NCBI GenBank assembly: GCA_964613665.1
Contig: CAZTIG010000018.1
Location: 2,174-66,173 of the forward strand
DNA from: an uncultured Chloroflexia bacterium
GTDB lineage: Bacteria; Chloroflexota; Chloroflexia; DTKN01
Length of the DNA stretch: 64,000 nucleotides
Reading direction: 5' to 3'
In this document: one piece after another, positions 57,107-64,000 of the stretch
Numbering within the stretch: position 1 is the first letter of the stretch
Layout of the letters: each line of letters starts with the position of its first letter
Program-made: the position numbers and the translations under genes
The notes under the pieces: generated by a model
The model's database searches: none
Seen by the model: the letters and a program-made list of their open reading frames with translations, nothing else
Told to the model about the DNA's origin: nothing

Positions 57107-57976
57107 CTAGATGTACTCCTCGACCAGCGCCTGCAGCTGCTCCTGTGTCCAGCAGCCCAAGGGTTGCTCGGCCAGCGGGCCGGCCTCCAGGACGGCCAGG
57201 CGCTCGTGGTAGGCGGGGATATCCTCGCGCTGGTAGAACACCCCCACCGGGATGCGCTTGCCCCACTCCTGGGCCCGGGCGATGGCCGCCTGCAGGTCGC
57301 CGGTGTCGTGGCCGTCCTCCTGCAGCTTGTAGGCGCGCTCGCCGTACCATTCGTAGGTGTTGCGCTTGTTGAAGGTGACGCAGGGCTGCAGCACGTCGAC
57401 CAGGGCGTAGCCGCGGTGCTGCAGCGCCTGGGCTATCAGCCAGGTCAGGTGCGGCAGGTCGCGGGCAAAGCCGCGGCCGACGAAGGTGGCCCCGGCGGCC
57501 AGCGCCAGCAGGATGGGATTGATGCGCTGCTCATAGGCCCCCTGCGGCGAGGTCGGGCTGATGTAGCCGGGGTCGCTCGTGGGCGAGTATTGCCCCTTGG
57601 TCAGGCCATAGACCTGGTTGTCCTGGATGATGTCCACGATGGCCATGTTGCGCCGGCAGGCGTTGATAAAGTGCCCCAGCCCCAGGCCGAAGGAATCGCC
57701 GTCGCCGTGCGTGCAGATGACCTTCAGGCGGTGGTTGGCCAACTGCGCGCCGCTGGCGACAATGACCGGCCGGCCGTGGATGGTGTTGAAACCGTTGGCC
57801 CGGATGTAGTCGGGCAGCTTGCTGCCGCAGCCGATGCCCGAGACGATCAGCACCTCGTGCGGCGCCAGGCCCACCTGCACCAGGGCCCCCTTGAGAGCAT
57901 TCCAGATGCCAAAGTTGCCGCAGCCGCTGCACCAGGTCGGGCGAACCGGGCTGGCATAGTCCTCGCGGGTGACCAT
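57107..57976 (-). CDS. 2-oxoacid:ferredoxin oxidoreductase beta subunit (KorB-like, TPP-binding)
   Basis: WCSGCGNFGI, GIGCGSK, GDGDSFGLGLGH. The ATG overlaps the alpha stop (ATGA). Confidence 0.9.
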   Translation of the reverse strand: MVTREDYASPVRPTWCSGCGNFGIWNALKGALVQVGLAPHEVLIVSGIGCGSKLPDYIRANGFNTIHGRPVIVASGAQLANHRLKVICTHGDGDSFGLGLGHFINACRRNMAIVDIIQDNQVYGLTKGQYSPTSDPGYISPTSPQGAYEQRINPILLALAAGATFVGRGFARDLPHLTWLIAQALQHRGYALVDVLQPCVTFNKRNTYEWYGERAYKLQEDGHDTGDLQAAIARAQEWGKRIPVGVFYQREDIPAYHERLAVLEAGPLAEQPLGCWTQEQLQALVEEYI

Positions 57977-59727
57977 CAGTGCACCTCCTTTTCCAGGCGG
58001 GCCACGATTTCCTCCGGGGTGAAGGCGCGACCGTCCCACTTCAGTATCCCGCCGTGGACCTGGTGGCCGGTCTGCATGCGGATGAGCATGCCCATCTGGC
58101 CGGTGTAGTTGTTCTCCACGGTGAGCGTGCGGTGCGCGCCGGACAGCAGCTCCGCCACGGCCCCACTCGGGAAGGGCCAGATGTCGACGAAATGGAGCAT
58201 GTTGACCCGCGCCCCGGCGGCGTTGGCCCGGTCCACCGCCTCGCGGATAGCCCCATAGGTGCTGCCCCAGCCGATGAGCGTGACCTCGGCCTCGGTCGGG
58301 CCGTACTGCACGGGCGGGCGGATGTCGGCCAGGGCCGTGCGCAGCTTGCGCATGCGTTTGGCGTGGGCGCGGGTGCGGTTGTCGGCATCCTCCGAGTCGA
58401 TGTGGCCGTCCTCCGTATGCTCGTCGCTGGTGGCGCTGTAGACGGCCCGCGGATGGCCGGGCACGGCCCGCGGGGAGATCCCGTCATCGCTCGCGCGGTA
58501 GCGCAGGTAGGGCCCCTCCAGCCCGTCCAGTGTGGCCCTGTCCAGGAAGAGGCCGCGGTCGACGGCCACCTCCTCCATGTGCAGGTCGTCGGGCAGCACG
58601 GTGCGTAGCAGGCCGGAGAGGTGGTGGTCCAGCAGGACGACGACCAGGGTCTGGTACTTCTCGGCCAGGTTGAAGGCGCGCCAGCCGGCGGCAAAGGCCT
58701 CCTCGTGCGTGTGGGGTGCCAGCACCAGGCGTGGGAACTCGTCCTGCGAGGCAAAGAGGGAAAAGAGCAGGTCACCCTGGGCGCTGCGCGTGGCCATGCC
58801 GGTGGAGGGGCCAGGGCGCTGCGAGAGCAAGACCACCAGCGGCGTCTCGGTCATGCCGGCCAGGCCCAGCGCCTCGGTCATCAGGGAGAAGCCGCCGCCA
58901 GAGGTGCTGGCCATGGCGCGCACCCCGGCAAAGTTGGCCCCGATGGCCATGTTGACCGCGGCAATCTCGTCCTCGACGTGCTTGATGACGGCGCCGTAGC
59001 GGTCGCCGTGGGCGGCGAACCACTGGATGACCGGGGTGGCCGGGGTCATCGGGTAGGCGCAGACCATCTTGCAGCCGCCCAGCAGCGCGCCCATGGCAAA
59101 GAGCTCGTTGCCGCTGATGACCATGCGCCGCGGCGACTCCAGAGGCTGCAGCTTCCAGGGGAAACCGGCCCCGTAGCGCTCGCGGCCGAACTCATAGCCC
59201 TGCTGGGCCACGGCCACGTTGAGGCGTATGATCTCCTCGCCCTTGCGGGCAAAGCCCTGCTGGATGACGCCGGCCATGGCTGCAAAGTCGAGCTCCACGA
59301 TGCCGGCGGCCACCCCCAGTGCGGCGGTGTTGACCATCACGGCCGTCCCGCCGGCCGCGCTGGCGATGCCGGCCAGCGGCGCCGGGAAGGCCCTGACGCC
59401 CTGCGCCGCCAGTCCGGCGGCGTCCACCTCGAGGGCCTCATCGTAGATGACGCCCCCGCCGGGGGACACATCGGCGGCGTGGCGGCGCACCGTTTCCTCG
59501 TCCATCGCCAGGACCAGGTGCACGTCATGCGCATGGGTCAGGATGGGGCCCTCGGCGACACGGATCTGGTAAAAGTTGTGCCCGCCGCGGATGCGCGACA
59601 TGTAGTCGGGCACGCCGACGACGTGCAGGCCCGTCCGGGCCAGGGCCCGGGCGAAGCCGGCCCCGTTGGACTCGATGCCCTGGCCGGCTGCCCCCCCAAA
59701 GAGAAAGGTCATGTCATTGCCAGGCAT
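57976..59727 (-). CDS. 2-oxoacid:ferredoxin oxidoreductase alpha subunit (KorA-like, with an N-terminal gamma-like domain)
   Basis: FGGAAGQGIES...YPMTPATP...SGGGFSLMTEALGLAGMTETPLV. ATG 59727 follows GAGGAG. Confidence 0.9.
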   Translation of the reverse strand: MPGNDMTFLFGGAAGQGIESNGAGFARALARTGLHVVGVPDYMSRIRGGHNFYQIRVAEGPILTHAHDVHLVLAMDEETVRRHAADVSPGGGVIYDEALEVDAAGLAAQGVRAFPAPLAGIASAAGGTAVMVNTAALGVAAGIVELDFAAMAGVIQQGFARKGEEIIRLNVAVAQQGYEFGRERYGAGFPWKLQPLESPRRMVISGNELFAMGALLGGCKMVCAYPMTPATPVIQWFAAHGDRYGAVIKHVEDEIAAVNMAIGANFAGVRAMASTSGGGFSLMTEALGLAGMTETPLVVLLSQRPGPSTGMATRSAQGDLLFSLFASQDEFPRLVLAPHTHEEAFAAGWRAFNLAEKYQTLVVVLLDHHLSGLLRTVLPDDLHMEEVAVDRGLFLDRATLDGLEGPYLRYRASDDGISPRAVPGHPRAVYSATSDEHTEDGHIDSEDADNRTRAHAKRMRKLRTALADIRPPVQYGPTEAEVTLIGWGSTYGAIREAVDRANAAGARVNMLHFVDIWPFPSGAVAELLSGAHRTLTVENNYTGQMGMLIRMQTGHQVHGGILKWDGRAFTPEEIVARLEKEVH

Positions 59728-59782
59728 GCTCTGCTCCTCTCGCTCAGCGCCGCGGCGCGAGACTCTCTGCGGCTGCAGGTCC

Positions 59783-59811
59783 AGTATACGGGGCAAAGAG
59801 GCCGGTGTCAA
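59783..59811 (-). promoter_or_regulatory. consensus sigma-70 promoter for the oxidoreductase operon
   Basis: Minus strand reads TTGACA-N17-TATACT. Confidence 0.65.
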
Positions 59812-59830
59812 GGGAAGGGGATCACAGAGC

Positions 59831-59859
59831 TTGAATTCCCGCCCCATCCATGGTATGAT
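59831..59859 (+). promoter_or_regulatory. sigma-70 promoter for plsY
   Basis: TTGAAT-N17-(TGg)TATGAT. Confidence 0.65.
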
Positions 59860-59924
59860 GGGGTCGAGCTGCCCAGCCTCGGGCAGAGCCTGTGGGCGGG
59901 CCCCGGCCCCCCAGGAGGTGTGCC

Positions 59925-60638
59925 ATGTTCGCACGCGATCTGGTGGCCATCGTCGCCGGATACTTCATCGGCGCCATTCCCTTTGCCCACCTGGTGACCA
60001 GGCTGCGTACCGGGCGCAACATCCGCCACGTGGGCGACGGCAACGTCGGGGCGCGCAACGTCTGGCACGTCGTCGGACCCCTGGCCGGGGCCATCGTTAC
60101 CGTGCTCGACGGGCTCAAGGGCATCGCTGCCGTGCTGCTGGCCCGCGCCCTCGGCGCCAGCCTGACGGGCGAACTGCTGGCCGGCCCCCTGGCCATGGTG
60201 GGGCACTGCTTCCCGGTCTGGCTGGGCTTCCAGGGCGGAAAGGGCGTGGCCACACTGGCCGGCGTCGCCCTGCTCTGGGCGCCCTGGTCCACCATCACCG
60301 CCCTGGGCATCGTCGCCGTGTCGCAGCTCTTCCTGCACAATATGGACCGGGCCATCCCCATCGGGGCCATCTGCGGAATCTTCCTGCCGCCCGTCTTTGG
60401 CTACCCATGGACGATGACGGTCTATATCCTGGCCCTCTTTGTCATGGTGGGGCTCAAGAAGCTGCTCGACCTGCCGCACGAGCGGCGCGTCTGGTCGCAA
60501 TCGGGCTGGAAGGACGTCGGCCGGAGCGACTGGTACCCCGGCCTGCAGGCCGGCCAGGGCCAGGAGCCGGCCGAGAGACTGGCCCCCGCCAACGGCGCGG
60601 TCCAGCCGGAAGGCAACGGCGCACCCAACCACCACTGA
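59925..60638 (+). CDS. plsY: glycerol-3-phosphate acyltransferase PlsY with a C-terminal extension
   Basis: GYFIGAIPFAHLV...GDGNVGARNV...DGLKG...GHCFPVWLGFQGGKGVAT. Confidence 0.9.
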   Translation: MFARDLVAIVAGYFIGAIPFAHLVTRLRTGRNIRHVGDGNVGARNVWHVVGPLAGAIVTVLDGLKGIAAVLLARALGASLTGELLAGPLAMVGHCFPVWLGFQGGKGVATLAGVALLWAPWSTITALGIVAVSQLFLHNMDRAIPIGAICGIFLPPVFGYPWTMTVYILALFVMVGLKKLLDLPHERRVWSQSGWKDVGRSDWYPGLQAGQGQEPAERLAPANGAVQPEGNGAPNHH

Positions 60639-60698
60639 CGCACCGCACCGCCCTTCCCCCTGCCCCCATTCTCCTGCTTCTTGCCTCTTGCCCCTGTT

Positions 60699-60727
60699 TT
60701 GCGCTCCTGTCCGTTTTGCGGTACAAT
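60699..60727 (+). promoter_or_regulatory. sigma-70 promoter for ileS
   Basis: TTGCGC-N17-TACAAT, 35 nt upstream of ATG 60762. Confidence 0.55.
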
Positions 60728-60761
60728 GCCGCCGAATACGCACGCGTCCAGAGGAGGCACG

Positions 60762-63700
60762 ATGTTCCGTCCCGTCGACCCGTCCATCTCCTGGCCGGAG
60801 ATGGAGCAGCAGTGGCTTCGGTGGTGGCAGGACCAGGGCGTCCTGCAGCACTACCTGGCAGGCCCCCCCGACGGTCCTGTCTTCTCCTTCTTCGAGGGCC
60901 CGCCCACGGCCAACGGCCGGCCCGGCGTCCACCACGTCCTGGCCCGCGTCTTCAAGGACGTCGTCCTGCGCTACTACCGCCTGAAGGGCTACCGCCTGCT
61001 CGGCGCCCGCGGCGGCTGGGACACCCACGGCCTGCCCGTGGAGATCGAGGTGGAGAAGGAGCTGGGCTTTTCCGGCAAGGGCGACATCGAGCGCTACGGC
61101 ATCGCCGCCTTCAACGCCCGCTGCCGCGAGAGCGCCTTTCGCTACATCCAGGACTGGGAGCGCATGACCGACCGCATCGCCTACTGGATCGACCAGCAGA
61201 ACGCCTACATCACCTATACCAACGACTACATCGAATCTTGCTGGCACATCCTGCGTACCCTGTGGGACCGCGGCCTCCTCTTCCGCGACTTCAAGGTCAC
61301 TATGCACTGCCCGCGCTGCAATACCTCCCTGGCGGACCACGAGGTCTCCCTGGGCTTTCGCGACGAGGTCGAGGACCCCTCGGTATGGGTCAGGTTCCGC
61401 CTGCAGGCGCCCGATGGTCAGCTGCCCCCGCCTCTGGCCGACCTGCCGGCGCCGGTCTCCGTCCTGGCCTGGACCACCACCCCCTGGACCCTGCCGGCCA
61501 ACGTGGCCCTGGCCCTGGCCCCCAACGCGCCCTACGCCGTGGTCGAGAGCGGCGACGGCCGCCTGATCGTCGCCGGCGAGCGGCTCGGCGCGGTCTTTCC
61601 CGAGGGCGGCTACACTACCCTGCGTACCCTGCGCGGGCGCGACCTGGCCGGCCTGCACTACGAGCCGCTCTTCCGCGGCACCCCCGCCCCCGGCGACGCG
61701 GTGGACTGGGACGCCGCCTATGTCACCATCGTCGACGAGATCGTCTCCATGGAGGAGGGCACCGGCATCGTGCACATCGCCCCGGCCTACGGCGACCTGG
61801 ACGTTGGCCGCCGCCACGGCCTGCCCACCCTCTTCTCCGTCGACCTGGAGGGCCGCGTCCTGGACGGCTTCCCCGGGGCCGGCATGTTCTTCAAGGAGGC
61901 CGACCCGCTGATCAGCCGCGACCTGGAGGAGCGCGGCCTGCTCCTGCGCAGCGGTCGCCTGACCCACGCCTACCCCTTTTGCTGGCGCTGCGGCGCGCCA
62001 CTCCTGTACTATGCGAAATCGTCCTGGTACATCCGCACCACCGCCGTGAAGGACCGCCTGATCGAGGGCAACCGCCAGATCCACTGGTACCCGGCCCACG
62101 TGCGCGACGGGCGTTTCGGCGACTGGCTGGCCAACAACGTCGACTGGGCCCTCTCGCGCGAGCGCTTCTGGGGCACGCCGCTGCCGATCTGGCAGTGCAG
62201 CGGCTGCGGACACCAGCAGTGCATCGGCAGCGTGGCCGAGCTCTCGGAGAGGGCCGGCCGCGACCTGGCCCAGCTCGACCTGCACCGCCCCTACGTCGAC
62301 GAGGTCACCTGGGCGTGCGACAGGTGCGGCGGCACGATGCAGCGCCTGCCGGAGGTCCTGGACTGCTGGTTCGACAGCGGGGCCATGCCCTACAGCCAGT
62401 GGCACTATCCCTTCGAGAACCTGGACACCTGGCAGCAGAACTACCCGGCCGACTTTATCTCCGAGGCCATCGACCAGACGCGCGGCTGGTTCTATTCCCT
62501 GCACGCCCTGTCGACGCTGCTCTTTGACCGGCCATGCTTCCGCAACGTCATCTGTCTGGGCCTTATCCTCGACGGCGAGGGCCAGAAGATGAGCAAGTCG
62601 CGCGGCAACGTCGTCGATCCCTGGGCGGTGCTCGAGGCCCACGGGACCGACCCGCTGCGCTGGTACCTCTTTACCGCCGGCCCGCCGGGCAACCCGCGCC
62701 GATTCTCCATCGATCTGGTCGGCGAATCGCTGCGCCGCTTCCTGCTAACGCTCTGGAACACCTACTCCTTCTTCGTCCTCTACGCCAACCTGGACCGGTG
62801 GTCCCCCACCTCCTCGCCCCTGTCTATCTCTCTCCTCGACCGCTGGCTGCTCGCGCGCCTGTACGGCCTGGTCGGCGCGGTCACCGCGGCCATGGACGGC
62901 TATGACATCACCGGCGCCTGCCGCGAACTGGACGCCTTTGTCGACGACCTCTCCAACTGGTACGTCCGCCTGAACCGCCGCCGTTTCTGGAAGGCCGGCG
63001 ATGACGCCGACAAGGCCGCTGCCTACCAGACCCTCTACACGGCGCTGAGCACGCTGGCGCGGCTCCTGGCGCCCTTTACGCCCTTCCTGAGCGAGGAGCT
63101 CTACCAGAATCTGGTACGCACGGCCGACGCCGCCGCCCCGGCCAGCGTGCACCTGTCCACCTGGCCGCAGGCCGAGGCCGGCTGGGAAGACGCCGGCCTG
63201 CTCGCCGACATGGCCGTGGCCATGCGTGTGGTGCGCATGGGCCGGGCCGTGCGCCGGCAGGCGGCCCTGAAGGTGCGCCAACCACTGCGCCGCCTGCTGG
63301 TGCGCCCGCCCCAGGCCCAGGCCGGCCGGTCGGTGCAGCGCCTGCAGGAGGCCATCCTGGACGAGCTGAACGTCAAGGAGCTGCAGCTCCTCGAGCCCGG
63401 CGAGTCCTTCGAGACCTACCGCCTCAAGCCGAATCTGCCGGTGGTGGGACCGAAGCACGGCCGGGCCGTCCCGGCCATCCGCGGGAGCCTGGCCGCGCTC
63501 GGCGCGGCCGACGCCGCCGCCGCGGTGCGCGTGCTGCAGGAGGGCCGGCCCTTCTCCCTCTCCCTGGCCGACGGCGGCACCGTCGACCTGGGGCCCGACG
63601 AGGTGTTGGTGGAGACCACTGCCCCGGAGGGCTATCGCTTCCTGGAGGAAGAGGACTACCTGGTGGCGCTGGACACGACGCTGGACGAGGCCCTGATGCT

Positions 63701-63965
63701 GGAGGGACTGGCGCGCGAGCTGGTGCGGCAGATACAGGAGGCGCGCAAGGAGGCCGGCCTGGCGGTGAACGACCGCATCCGCGCCTACCTGGGCGGGGCC
63801 GGCGCGCTCACGGCCCAGGCCATCGCTGCCCACCAGGCCTATATCGCCGGCGAGACCCTCTCCCTGGAGCTGCGCCTGGAGCAGCCCCCGGCCGGCACCT
63901 ACCGCAAGACGGTGGTCATCGAAGAGGAGGAGAACACGCTGGGGATCGAGAGGGTTCCGGGCTAG
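60762..63965 (+). CDS. ileS: isoleucyl-tRNA synthetase
   Basis: HIGH-like PTANGRPGVHHV, KMSKS, the CP1 editing region, and Cys clusters. The start is at MFRPVDP after GAGGAGG. Confidence 0.95.
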   Translation: MFRPVDPSISWPEMEQQWLRWWQDQGVLQHYLAGPPDGPVFSFFEGPPTANGRPGVHHVLARVFKDVVLRYYRLKGYRLLGARGGWDTHGLPVEIEVEKELGFSGKGDIERYGIAAFNARCRESAFRYIQDWERMTDRIAYWIDQQNAYITYTNDYIESCWHILRTLWDRGLLFRDFKVTMHCPRCNTSLADHEVSLGFRDEVEDPSVWVRFRLQAPDGQLPPPLADLPAPVSVLAWTTTPWTLPANVALALAPNAPYAVVESGDGRLIVAGERLGAVFPEGGYTTLRTLRGRDLAGLHYEPLFRGTPAPGDAVDWDAAYVTIVDEIVSMEEGTGIVHIAPAYGDLDVGRRHGLPTLFSVDLEGRVLDGFPGAGMFFKEADPLISRDLEERGLLLRSGRLTHAYPFCWRCGAPLLYYAKSSWYIRTTAVKDRLIEGNRQIHWYPAHVRDGRFGDWLANNVDWALSRERFWGTPLPIWQCSGCGHQQCIGSVAELSERAGRDLAQLDLHRPYVDEVTWACDRCGGTMQRLPEVLDCWFDSGAMPYSQWHYPFENLDTWQQNYPADFISEAIDQTRGWFYSLHALSTLLFDRPCFRNVICLGLILDGEGQKMSKSRGNVVDPWAVLEAHGTDPLRWYLFTAGPPGNPRRFSIDLVGESLRRFLLTLWNTYSFFVLYANLDRWSPTSSPLSISLLDRWLLARLYGLVGAVTAAMDGYDITGACRELDAFVDDLSNWYVRLNRRRFWKAGDDADKAAAYQTLYTALSTLARLLAPFTPFLSEELYQNLVRTADAAAPASVHLSTWPQAEAGWEDAGLLADMAVAMRVVRMGRAVRRQAALKVRQPLRRLLVRPPQAQAGRSVQRLQEAILDELNVKELQLLEPGESFETYRLKPNLPVVGPKHGRAVPAIRGSLAALGAADAAAAVRVLQEGRPFSLSLADGGTVDLGPDEVLVETTAPEGYRFLEEEDYLVALDTTLDEALMLEGLARELVRQIQEARKEAGLAVNDRIRAYLGGAGALTAQAIAAHQAYIAGETLSLELRLEQPPAGTYRKTVVIEEEENTLGIERVPG

Positions 63966-64000
63966 CACGTTGCAGGTCGTCTGGCAGGGATCTTCCCGGC

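Noticed and set aside
60728-60761. T-box or attenuator leaders in front of ileS and the two proS genes.
   Set aside because: The ileS leader is only about 30 nt, and the proS genes are separated by 49 nt. That leaves no room for a T-box (about 200 nt).

Overview
This is a GC-rich bacterial chromosomal segment with about 62 protein-coding genes. I found no rRNA, tRNA, CRISPR array, transposase or integrase. The lineage cannot be determined from sequence alone; the gene content (MglA, PPDK, 2-oxoacid:ferredoxin oxidoreductase, a LysW-like protein, two ProRS types) would fit a Chloroflexota-like or Deinococcus-Thermus-like organism, which is inference only.

Housekeeping genes, in order:
- two acyl-CoA dehydrogenases
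- a LytS/LytTR two-component pair
- a zur-znuACB metal-uptake operon
- glutamate formimidoyltransferase/cyclodeaminase
- maf
- two tandem prolyl-tRNA synthetases of different evolutionary types
- tdk
- rplU-rpmA-rpmE
- yhhQ
- a deoxynucleoside kinase
- threonine dehydratase
- dprA
- mtaB
- rpsT
- holA
- ppdK
- purA
- nrdR
- KorAB-like oxidoreductase
- plsY
- ileS

Promoters stand out as AT-rich islands with near-consensus -35/N17/-10 geometry. I used them to refine several start codons.

Most interesting observations:
1. A six-gene operon encoding two Roadblock/MglB-like proteins, MglA, a DUF4388 protein, a lamin-tail-domain membrane protein and a small membrane protein (29460-33453).
2. A second, paralogous DUF4388 plus small-GTPase pair that heads a co-directional cluster with an ECF sigma factor, an anti-sigma factor, a bactofilin-repeat membrane protein and a DUF4870 protein (46830-51002). 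This DUF4388 copy carries a tandem MshEN-like (c-di-GMP-binding type) motif.
3. An intergenic repeat family with an identical 16-mer at three loci, each upstream of a strong promoter.
4. A roughly 200 nt rod-shaped RNA candidate (6S-like on the minus strand, or SRP-like on the plus strand), next to a 155 bp long-range inverted-repeat element.
5. An HTH gene followed by three tiny acidic zinc-ribbon genes, one of them LysW-like but lacking the terminal Gly-Glu.
6. A HEPN-MNT pair overlapping a deoxynucleoside kinase gene.
7. A large lipoprotein that fuses an FG-GAP propeller, a CapA-like domain and an M1 peptidase domain.

All functional calls come from reading the translations and motifs by eye. 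No database search was run.
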